From positions 249,984,001 through 250,048,000 of the forward strand of contig OZ024740.1 in the NCBI GenBank assembly GCA_964016885.1: a stretch of DNA of 64,000 nt. Reading direction: 5' to 3'. The DNA is from Eledone cirrhosa. Lineage: Eukaryota. The notes under the pieces are model-generated. The model was not told the DNA's origin and made no database searches. It saw only the letters and a program-made list of their open reading frames with translations. Positions 52,740 to 64,000 of the stretch are shown one piece after another (position 1 is the stretch's first letter; each line of letters begins with the position of its first letter). A program made the position numbers and the translations under genes.

Positions 52740-53735
52740 ATACATATATATATACATATATATATTTTTTTTATATAAAGGGGAACATGTTAAGTTGTAG
52801 ATGTTAGAGAATATTTTATCAATTGAGCCGTTACACATATTTCTATCGCGATAGATATCGTTATTTCTTCACGGAGCAAAATTGAGTAAAAAGTAATATT
52901 TCCGAGGCAATTATGGGTGGAAAGGAGCAGACTAAAAACAATTTATTCTTTTGCTAACTTTCTAACTTTCAGGTTTCGAATGATAGAAGGGAGTGGACAG
53001 TATATACACAAATCTTCAAAATATGATCGGAATAAGAAAACTTACTGCAGCAGTTGATAAATACTCTTACAATAATCTATTTAGATATTCTCTTTTCAGT
53101 TTTACCTGTTCCATCCGACAGGGTAAGGGCATGCTTGGGCACACCATATTCTTTATAATTTATAAATAGTAAATGAAACAAATTTATTTATATTGCTTAA
53201 TCTGAATATTGGGGAGGGTGCAGGTCTTGAATATTTTGGTGGGCAATTTTTGTAAAGTTTATAAAAAAGGTTAAGAAACACTGATTTCATTCTTTTGATT
53301 CCAAACCATCTAAAACTGCTTTAGTTTTATACAAAACTGACCATTGTAAAATTTTCATGCTTATATTAAAATATTCCACTGTAATTTTAGAAAAATTTCT
53401 TAAATGATAATAGGCGGCATATTAGCAGATGTTAGAGCATCGGACAAAATTGTTTGCAATGCTCCAAACATTAACATACCAATGAAAATTCTTCCAAATT
53501 CATGAATATTTTCAAAATGAATTGAGACACATAGGCAGTGTATCTCTTCCGAAGTATGCTAACAAAAGAGTTAAAGAATCATTCCATTCTTGAAAGGCAA
53601 AATTTAATTGAAATAAACCAAACTCCCTTACTCCTAATGGGAGATTAGATTTTTCACTACATTTATGGTTTTTTTAATCATTATTGTTGAAGGAAAATTT
53701 CATAAAAGTATGGAAAAAATCTACATGTTATAGTG

Positions 53736-53792
<57 letters not shown>

Positions 53793-54117
53793 TATTTGGT
53801 AAATTTAAAAATTTTGATTTTTGATATTGCTACAGGGCTGCAATTTTTCTTTCTTTTTGTGTGTGTGTGTGGGGGGCGGGGCTATGTAGTTTAAATTGAC
53901 TCCAGTTTGTAGCTGGAACTATATTTTATCATCCCTCAGGATGAAAAGTGGAGTTGACCCTAGCAGATTTGAATTCCAAATGTTTGATTGCATTCAGATG
54001 TGTCAATCCACTATCCTGGTAAATGTTGGAATATTGATTGAAAAAAAGAGGCAAGTCAAAAAAAAGCAACAAAAGAATTTCAGGATAACATCACATTATA
54101 AATTTGGTCTTTCAATA

Positions 54118-54130
54118 AAAAAAAAAAAAA

Positions 54131-54183
<53 letters not shown>

Positions 54184-54215
54184 TAATGACAGTAGTAGTA
54201 ATAATAATAATAATA
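54118..54215. repeat. poly(A) + (AAT)n microsatellite
   Basis: Direct inspection. Confidence 0.9.
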
Positions 54216-57200
54216 AAGGTACAAGTATAGTGGAATGTCCAACAGTTCATTGTCGCATGTTTTGCTATGTTAAGCAGGAAGCTATAAAATAATTTACTAC
54301 TCAAATTAAAATAACTTCCTCTATAACATGCGGTCTGCCACAATTTGCAAGACAAATAAAAATGAAGGTAACATACTGTAAAAAAAGGAAAGGATGGGTG
54401 TAGACGGACTTGAATCACTCATTTTAAAGAATTTCTAAATTGTAATAACTGATCTATTGAATAGTTATCAAGCATTCTCTTGCTTTCTTATTTTACTGTT
54501 TTAACCAAGGAAAGAAGGGCAGTGCCCATGATTCTTTTAAGGTCCTTGAAGACTCATGGGAGTGAAAGAAGAAAGGATCTTCAGAATGGTGAGATGCCGT
54601 AAGCAGTTGCAAAAATGGACATTGCTAAAGGCACCAAACCTAGCAATAGGTTAATTCACCCACCTAAATAGGCCACAGTGGGATATGACCTCAGAATGCA
54701 AGGAACCACAGTAAATTCACAACCTATAGCTTTACCTCAGTAAGCTACCAGATTATTGAATAGTGACATGCATCTCCAAGAATCTAATAATTAAGTAGAT
54801 TTGCAGTAATTCTATTAAGAAACACTTTTCTAATTTTGAAATAGATCTAAAATTCTAGACAACAGAGTAGCTGTTTTACATTGAATAAGATATATTATGG
54901 ACTAAAAAAAAAAGGTAAGGTCTGCTCTAAGTCTAAGGGCTCATCAGGCCAGAGTTTTTCCTGGTTTTATTTGTATTAAGCAACTAAGCAACTGAGTGTA
55001 CAAGACTCATCTCTAGTGAAGACACCAGTCTGTCACAGGATTATAATTTTTTTGGAGGGGGGGGGGGGGGGACTGGCGCAACATAAAATAAAGCATCTTA
55101 CTTAAGGATAAAACACGCTGCCTGGTTTGAGAACTGGATTCATAATCCTAACTCCTAAGCCACATGATTTCACTATGATTCACTAAAGAATTACAAAAAA
55201 CAATAAATCATTTATAATAATTTCCCTAAACAGAATTATCCTTAATTTCTTAAAACAGCTACATCTAATTTCATTTGGTTTAGACAAAACCATTTAGAAG
55301 CATTGAGTGAATAAGGGGTGAAAATTTAACACTTTATTTCTTTCCTAACATTTTTATTACTTGTTTTATCTTCTCTAAGGACCCATAAGTCTGAAATAAC
55401 AATGTATTGAAAGAAATTAATGTCACCTATTTGATATTAAAAAATCTGCATTGTTGATAGTTTCTAAATCCACTAGTTTTAGATACATCCAAATTTAAAA
55501 TTAAACATTTTTTCTGCTGGGCCAAATTAGCAAAAAACAAAACAAAAACAAATGTTGGTCACACAGTAAAAGTGAGTGTGACATGTGATAATGTAAGCGA
55601 TAGTTTTCTCTAAAACATATTAAGACATTTTAGACTTCTTTAAAAACTAAGGGCATGAAAAATAAAAAAAATAAAAAAAGAGGGACGGAATATGGTAAGG
55701 TGAGGATCTTTTTATCACACTGCAAATAAATTACAGGAACAGTTTTCCTGCAGACAACTTTAATAAAAAATAACATTGCCAATTAACAATGCTTTGCATG
55801 GATCCAAAAATATAGAATTAATATATATTTTAATTATTTTAAAAAATTCTTGGGTCAATTTTGTTTTTCTTAGAGAAAAAATAAAATTAAAATAAAAGAA
55901 ATTATAATATTTCAATTTCTATTCTAAGAAAAACATTTATTTTCCTTTTTAACCCCCAGAGTAAATAATTTATTTTATAAATTCTCTGTTTAGCAAATAT
56001 TTACAAACAGCTTCCAAATATGATTATCACAAAACTGAAATATTAGTGACAGTTCTCTCTGAAATTAAGTTGGTCAATTCTGCCAGTAAAAAATATGAAA
56101 GGCTTGGAAAAAATATTTACAAGTATACTTTTTTTCTTTTTATTATGAAGTTGTGATATTTGGACGGATCTTGAAAAAATGGAACTGACAAAGAAGGAAA
56201 AAAATAAATATAAATAAAAAACTCAATTCAGAGAGAGACGTGTCCCAGATCAATATATTAATGGTTTTATAAAATGAGAGTTTCAAAACGGCTTCGAATA
56301 GATATATGAAAATTAAAAGATAATTAAAATAAAGAAAAAAATCTGTTTTCTTCAGTGTTGTAGCAAGGACTCTCACTGCCTGGGTGCAATAGCACACTCC
56401 ACTTCGTACCGTTCTTGCTACGCCTCTCATTTTCTTACAACTGATTACCATGTAGACGATTGAAGTCATGATTAAAGGGTGATAAGAGTAAAATTTAAGG
56501 GAGACTAAAATCTACTTAAGAGTTATTCTTTATGTATTTAATGCACGTTGCTTTTTGAAACCTTTTGCAGTAAATATATTAACACTACTTTAACGTTTTT
56601 CTTTTCTTTTTGCTTTTAACTGTTTAATCAGAAAGAAAAAAACAGGGTCTATGACAGGATATCCTTAAATAGGAGACCTAACTTGAATGCTTGCAACAGA
56701 ATGGATTCTTCTCAAGGCACTCAAAGGCCAGATTGGTGTGTTAAACCAGGCAACAGTTTAAGTCTACCACTCAAGTAGGCCACTAATATTTGGACTCAAA
56801 TGTGGATGGCGTTTTAAAATTCTTTTGCATAACGTTTTGGAATTGAAATTAAAATGTCTATATAGGTAATCTCATAAAACAGCACAAAAAAGCCTAAAAA
56901 TAATATGAAATGCTATGGCTTTTTTTAAATGGATTAAAACAATTTTTTTTTCCAGAAAATATGAAAATAATTCATAACTATTTTTACCATAGTTTTTCGT
57001 CAGTTTAAATGAATATTTCACCTATGTAGCACCATTGCTCATGGGCTTGTTTGTTTTGGCTATGAAAGTATGATGAAAATATCTGTCAAATATAATCTTA
57101 GATGAAGCCAATTAAGAAAATGAAACTCCCAAACTTTAAACAAAATTGTAGAAAAAATATTTCATAAAATATATTAAATAAAATTTCATAGTTGACAAGA

Positions 57201-57923
57201 GAATCAGCAAAATTTGTTTCAAATTTGCAAAACAATTGTAAAAAAAAAACAGATGTCTTCATTCAATCAAAATTTCTGGCTTTTTCTTTCCTCCACACAC
57301 AAATTTAACAATTATCCAATATTTCAAATAAAATTTTCTTTCTTTCTTAAAAAAATAAAAGAAAAAAGAAAATTATAATTCAATATACAAATTTAAAATT
57401 TGATAACATTTATACACCAGAATTTAAAACATTTTATAAACAAAACAAAAAGAAACATCTCTTCCAAATATTGATGTTTTGATACTTTTTCTATTTCTTC
57501 CTTCTCTTCGAGTTAGCATTAATGGAAAGAAAGAGATAAATATGATAATAATTACACCATATACATTATACATATACATACATGTACACACACACACACA
57601 TATGTATATGTATGTATATATACATATATATGTATATGTATGTATACACATGTGTCAATGTATATATATATATATATATACATATATATAACAAATACAC
57701 AATAACAGGGAATACTGAACCAGCATTAAAGTCTACAATGTTTGTGTTTTCCTTTTGTAAACAATGTTGTGGGAATATAGTTCAGTTTGTATTGTATTGT
57801 ATCATCATTCAAATTTACCCAGATTTCAAGCAATTAAAAACAAAAATTCACCAGTCGATGAACATAGTACTGTTTCCTGACTTCCTTTCAGGGAAAGAAA
57901 GTCAGGAAACATTACTATGTTCA

Positions 57924-58075
57924 TTAAGTTGAACCCTCAGCATACACTGCTGATAGTCTGCTGTTGCACCGGTCAACAACACCTACAGGGAGAAACTGGT
58001 TTTCTTCAGTGGTCAAGCATGGTAATCCAAAAGAATCAAATTCCCGTGAACCAATTGCCTGCTGTTCACCATAAA
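57924..58075 (-). CDS. GLIS3: GLIS3-like (Glis1/3) zinc-finger transcription factor, last coding exon
   Basis: Acceptor ctttttttcttctag; phase 1; translates VYGEQQAIGSREFDSFGLPCLTTEENQFLPVGVVDRCNSRLSAVYAEGST*, resembling the vertebrate GLIS3 C-terminus (VDRCPSQLSSVYTEG, recalled from memory). Confidence 0.78.
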
Positions 58076-59070
58076 CTAGAAGAAAAAAAGTTTAAAAAAA
58101 GAAAGGTGGTTTTAAAGCTACAGAAAACTATGAGAGATTATTTATAATTGTATCATCACCATCATCATCCTCATTTAATGTCCATTTTCCCTGCTAGCAT
58201 ATATAAAAGGGTATCATTGTAGTTTGCTTGAAGCATTGTGTAAAGTGTAGAAAATAGTGTGTTTTATTAGAAGACTATAGCAATGCAAATAGGACATTAA
58301 ATGTTAAGAATAAGGATAACAAAGATGTTGGAATGTTAGTTTGGAGTTGCTTAATAGTCCTCATATTTCAGGATAAAATCCCTTCATCAAAAGAATCCTT
58401 GAGGAAACAAATTCATTCTTATGCTGCCATTTTTTAATTTGAAATAAAAATGTAAATACCATCTGGATCTTTAATTTTTCTGCTAGAGAATAGGTCACAG
58501 GTGGCAGATAGTGACACAGATACCAGATATGGTGGTTATTTGTGATATAAGAGGGCTTTTGATGGATGAATAAGCTGCCCTGGACAAACAGCAGTAAACT
58601 GCTAGGAGAGATGAGGCAATGGGTGACACTGTTAGCTCCCCCAAAACCTCTCACAGCCCAGTGATGTAGTTATGACAAGACAAATAGAGGTCACCTCTAA
58701 AAAAGCCTAGTCTTTGCGGGTTTGAGAAAATATCCAAATTGGTGACTAGTGCTAATAAGATCACAAAACCACTGTAATATGGCCAGAAATAGTAAAGGCA
58801 TTCATACTGCATCATCCTTCACATGGGATAACAAGAGATACCTTCAGACCTTAGGTATGGGGCCTGTTTGAAAAATATATTGCAGTCTCCATTCAACACT
58901 GCAAGATTTGGTGATGGGCCTGTGACCTGTCCTGGGAGCCGTGAGATGGACACATAATGATTGCGTACCCTGAGACCCCAAAGAGGGTCCGAAAGGCAGC
59001 AAGCCATCACAATTGGTAACTGAAACGTTACAACCCTTATAGGTATATCTCTGATACTATAAATTTTGAT

Positions 59071-61115
59071 ATCATCAACACCATTTTACGTCCATTCTTC
59101 CATGCTAGCATGGGTTAGACGGGTTATCCTGTTGTGGGCAGTGCCCTGTTGGCTGACCTTGTCTTGCTCATATGGGAACTGCTTTTAGCTCGATTTCTAC
59201 AGCTGGATGCCCTTCCTAACACCAACCACATTTACAGTGTGTGCTAGGTGCTTTTTTTCCATGGCGCCTACACGTCCACTTTACAGTGTGGGCTGGATGC
59301 TTTTCTTTCCATGGTGCCTACACGTCCACTTTACAGTGAGGGCTAGGTGCTTATTTACCATGGAACCTCCACGACCACTTTGCAGTGGGGGCATATTGTC
59401 TATATGCTTCAGTTTCGGTTTGTACCCATAGGAAGTCGGGTGTTCTGTATTACTGCATGACACCAGAGGTCATGGTCCTGCGTCATTGCCTTTGAGAGGT
59501 GCAATTGGGTAAGGTTGGCTTTTATCACCTCATCAACTTCTAGTGCTCTGCACCTTTTTATGCAGCTGTCATCCTTCATATGCACCACATGTCCATACCA
59601 AAGTAACCTCCTCTCCTACACACAACATTTGATTCCTCTCAGTCTCTCTCAGTTCATTTATGCTTTGCCATTCACGTATATTACTATTACACATCCATCG
59701 AGCATGCAAACTTCGATTCTTTCTAATCTACGCAAGTCTTCTACACACAACGCCCAGGTCTCACTTCCATGTAACATTGCTGTTCATATGCACGCATCAT
59801 ACAGTCTGCCTTTCATTTTGAGGGAAAAGCCTTTTGCAACTAGCAGTGGCAGTAGCTCCCTGAACTTCTTCCATCCCATTCTTACCCTAGTTATTGTACT
59901 TTCCGAACACCCACCTCCTCTGCTAATTCAGTCACCTAGGTAGTAGAAGCTGTTTACTGTTTCTACAGAGTTTGGTGGTGCTTGGTTCCTGTGGCTGTTT
60001 GCTGCTTGCTGTCTCGGTGCAGCTGCTGCATGTAAAGCATATATTCTTAGCTATGATTCCTGAGATCCCACTACATCTCTTGTGTACCCATTGTTTGCAT
60101 TTGGGGCAGAGGATGGAGTTCTTACCTAGACCTTTCCTACATACTGAGCAAGGCCATTTCCCTGAGGGGATCTGGGCTCTGTTTTCTCGTCTACTTACGA
60201 GGACCTTAGTTTTGTCAGGTTGACTTTGAGACCCTTTCTTTCTAGTCCCTGCTTCCATGTTTGGAATTTCTTCACTAGTTCTACCATAGATTCAGCTATA
60301 AATGCAAGATCATCCGCATACAGGAGGTCCCATGGGCATCCGGTCTTAAACTCCTCCGTTATTGCCTGAAAAACTATAATGAACAGGAGAGGGCTAAGAA
60401 CAGAGCCCTGGTGGACACCGACCTGTATGCTAAATTCCTCGCTATAGTCATTATTAACCTTAACTTTGCTGACTGCTCCTCTATTCATGGCTTGTACTGC
60501 TTTCACAAGCCATTCATCTACTCCGAGTTTTCTAAGAGCCCACCAGATTATAGCACAGGGGACTCTGTTGAAGGCTTTTTCCAGATCGACGAATGCCAGG
60601 TAGAGTGGCTTACTTTTAGCTAGGTACTTTTTCTGTAACTGTCTCACAAGGAAGAGGGCATCAGTGGTGCCTTTTCCTGGCACAAACTCAAATTGCATCT
60701 CATCTAGTTTCACCCGGTCTCTAATCAACTGTGCTTTAACTCTTTCTGTTACTTTCATGACCTGGTCCATCAACTTTATACCTCTATAGTTTCCTCTATC
60801 TAGTGCATCACCTTTACCCTTATAGCAGTTGACAATGATGCTACTGCACCAATCCTTTGGTTTGACACCCTTTAGTATTACCTGGTTAACAACACGTGTG
60901 GTTATGGTGTGACCTACCGACCTAGATGCATTCAGCATCTCGGCAGCTATATCCGATGGACCGGTTGCCTTCCCCGTCTTCATATCTTTAATTGCCTTAC
61001 TTACTACTCTCCTGCTGACCCCTCTAGAGGGTCTACTTGGGGTAGGGTCTCTTTCTCCCATGCATTCTCCTCATTCAGTAATCTTTCATAGTGGCCCTTC
61101 CACACATCTTTCTTC
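59071..61115 (-). mobile_element. 5'-truncated degraded RTE LINE in the last intron of the GLIS3-like gene
   Basis: [35 protein letters not shown]4HC3 finger; 3' SINE-like module and catc tail at ~59071. Confidence 0.93.
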
Positions 61116-62472
61116 TCAGCACTTGTGAGGGCAACAGTGACATATACAGGTACTTAAGTTTCGCTGGGTTATACACTCCAACTCTTTCAGCTTGTTATAT
61201 AAAAAAGATGGCTACTTCAGTTGATTGGAGTTATTTTAGAAAAAATACAAGAGCTCTTCAAACGCAGGTAATTTCAAAATAAGTAAACAAAATTATTAGA
61301 TACGTTAAAAAGAGGTAACTATAAAAAAAATAATATCAAAAGCAGGGAACTTGTGCTAAGTTAGAAATTCAAAGAAATCAATTCCTTGAAATTCAAATTA
61401 GTTAGTAATTCAAAGAAAATATATTCTTTGAATTACTATTTCACTATGACATTAGTAGTGTCATTAAATTGAACTTGTAACAATATTTATTTTTTTAACT
61501 TTCCACAAACATTTAGTAAAATGAGTTATTTTCCAGCCATACATCACTCAGTATCAAACCTATCAAGTGCAAGTTGAAGATCATCGTCTGCAAATTCCAG
61601 CTGACTGATTTTACACCTGCCTGGCTACGTATGTTAATCCTGTTCATGTAAATAATGAACAGGAGAGGTGAGAGTAATGTTACTCGATACAGTGCATAAC
61701 TTGGAAATCAGAGAATCGCTCCAGGTAGAGCCGCTACTTCTCTGAATTGAGAGATCACAGCTCCGATACTATGTGGTTAGATGGGTATGTGGTTAGAATG
61801 TCCCAGGAAAGAATAGCTGGACAGATTTTATGAACAAACTGAACCAGCAAGACAACCATCAGCTTAGCTGGTCATGCTAGGGGATCCAACCGGTTGCTTC
61901 TGACAGGGCCTACTGGTGTTTGAGGACTCTGCCTCCACGACCCTCTCAGGAATAAGTGAGCAAAGAAGAAGAAGAGTTATTTTCCTTGACAAGCCCAAAA
62001 GCTGATTAATAGATTTAGAAAGAAGTTTCCCACAGACACTAAACATTTGCTATGTGATAGATCTGACTGTTTGTAATACAACCAAATCTTGACCAAACTC
62101 TTCTCTACTTTTTCTTAGAATATATGCGGATTGCCACACCTGCATACTCATAAATCTCTCTGCTAACTGGATGGATTTGTAACACAACAAAAGGTTCTTA
62201 TATAAAATTATGCTGGAAGATTTTCATTTAAATAAAAACCCTTTAAAATCAGTGGTCTTGTTCCATAGAATGAGATGCAGTTTTGGGCAGGTTGGTATCA
62301 AACGGGTTAATGACTGCTAATCCACTATAATGAAATGAGACAATGATATTATTTCATTATGAGATTACATATCTTAATTCAAGAAAATGGGGCTCAATCA
62401 GTTTTATTCTCATAAGCATAGTATCTTCAATGAACAAAATAAAATAAAAATTGAATAATAAATAAAAACAAC

Positions 62473-62691
62473 CTGAATAATTTGAAAAGGCTTTCTGCAT
62501 ATCTTCCAAAGGAATGGTTGGCATCAGCTCTTCAAATGTTGGTATTTGAAGGAAGCTTTTCTGCATACCATTTGAAAAATTTGTACCCATTTTATAATTC
62601 ATTGAAGATGCACCTGGGTAGAGGGCACCACCACTTGTCATTCGAGACATACAAAGGCCATTACTATTCTCATCATAGTTACCATGGTTGT
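62473..62691 (-). CDS. GLIS3: GLIS3-like gene, penultimate coding exon (predicted)
   Basis: Acceptor ttcaatccttctctttccag, donor CAG|gttgtt; 219 bp, phase 1-1, open frame (D)NHGNYDENSNGLCMSRMTSGG...FEELMPTIPLEDMQKAFSNYS; phases fit both neighbouring exons. Confidence 0.72.
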
Positions 62692-63322
62692 CTGGAAAGA
62701 GAAGGATTGAAAATGATTATTTTATTTGCTTGCATGGGTTATATTCTGGAAAATGAAAGGAAAATAACTAAAGAGTAGGAACTCTGGGAGAAATTTGGAA
62801 AGTTGAAAAATCTACTTTTGGGTTCTATAGGGAGGGGAAAGATTAACTCCTCCAATTCAGTTATTCCCCCAATTTGCTCTTTGGGCCTGTGAACTGATGT
62901 ACCAGCTCAAATGTTCACTTATAATCCCTGGAGGAGGGTTGTTTATAGAGCTGGACTAATGTGATTTTCAAAAGTATTATTGAGAATATGAACATATGTT
63001 TGCATTAAAGTGGGACTAGGTAAATAGATAGACTAGTGACTTGTGGGTTCTCCAATGGTCATATTTAGGACTAGAATAGAAATTACATTACAGAAGGATT
63101 AAGTAAAAAGATGGTGTAGTGTGCACTTGAGTGTTTATTTTGATTAAAATAAGTGTGGTATTACATAAATAAAGACAGGTACAAAAACAGGCTAGGTATA
63201 AAGCAGGACAGTTGTCCTTTTTGAGACTAGGGTGGGAGATAAAACTAAAAAAAAAAAGAGATGGTGATAGCAGTTTATGGTACCTAATTCTGGAAAAAGA
63301 GGCCATGCTATGATATACTAAC

Positions 63323-63540
63323 CTGCCATGTGGGATCCTTGTAGAAAAGCTGTAGGATAAAGCTGAGAGTGTTGACTGTTGGATTGATAAGACAGATCAG
63401 AAGTGAAAGAAGAATTAAAATTGGTTTCAAGTTGTGTATTAGTGGTTGACTGCACAGCACCATGTCTTGGTGTAATAGATGGTAACATTTGTTTCGGACT
63501 GATCAATGAAGAGGTTGGTGCTGGAGAAAACCCATTTAAA
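63323..63540 (-). CDS. GLIS3: GLIS3-like gene, internal coding exon (predicted)
   Basis: Acceptor ttttttccctttttag, donor GCAG|gttagt; open Ser/Pro/Gln-rich frame LNGFSPAPTSSLISPKQMLPSI...QGSHMA; ends in phase 1, matching the next exon. The zinc fingers would lie beyond the window end. Confidence 0.72.
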
Positions 63541-64000
63541 CTAAAAAGGGAAAAAATATCAATTATATAAACGATGGACTTTCCCATAGAGAATGATATG
63601 AGCATCCTGTTGTTCAATGAATTGTGAAACATATTTATTGTATTAGCGTTCAAAGTGGTCAATTATTCTATAGACACAAGTACCCTTAACATAGTTTTTC
63701 TAGTGGAAACAACAGAGTACATTGTGACAAAATCATACCTTTGAATTACAGGTACAGTCCATCCAACAGGCTTCCATATGACTCTTCCATTTATCTAATT
63801 CCAGTCTTTGGTCAACTCAAAGCTGGAATAAAAGACACTTGCCCAATGACATCATGATTACAATGTGAATTTCTTAACCATTTTGCTGTGTCTGCATCCA
63901 TTATATAGACATACAAAGACACAAACACACACAAAATTATTTCAAATAAAATGGTAAGTGATTAAGAAATCTTCTATGTAACCATGTGCAGTTCTGGGTT

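Noticed and set aside
63739-63794. Possible additional GLIS3-like exon ending AAAG|gtatga
   Set aside because: The donor is good, but the acceptor lacks a pyrimidine tract and the peptide is unrecognisable.

Overview
AT-rich, repeat-dense animal genomic DNA; the (TA)n/(ATGT)n tracts, RTE LINEs with (ATG)n tails and tRNA-derived SINEs suggest an octopus or other cephalopod (inference). Most long ORFs in the track are microsatellite artefacts. Supported content: (i) the last three coding exons of a GLIS3-like (Glis1/3) zinc-finger gene on the minus strand at 57.9-63.5 kb; (ii) one apparently intact RTE-clade LINE (APE endonuclease + RT, 1022 aa) and six 5'-truncated relatives, all copies that span the region having a C4HC3 PHD-like finger inside the RT domain; (iii) Penelope-like element (PLE) remnants (RT/GIY-YIG); (iv) decayed Tc1/mariner, pogo/Tigger and piggyBac-like DNA transposons; (v) SINEs built from RTE 5'-UTR and 3'-end pieces. 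The most interesting unexplained structure is a set of short non-coding inverted-repeat elements embedded in (TA)n. Several carry type I hammerhead ribozyme-like motifs, including a family present at two loci with a non-canonical core (CCGAAGA...GAAA-CAAUUG-UA). These look like non-autonomous PLE/retrozyme-type elements. All alignments and folds were done by eye; coordinates of decayed elements are approximate.
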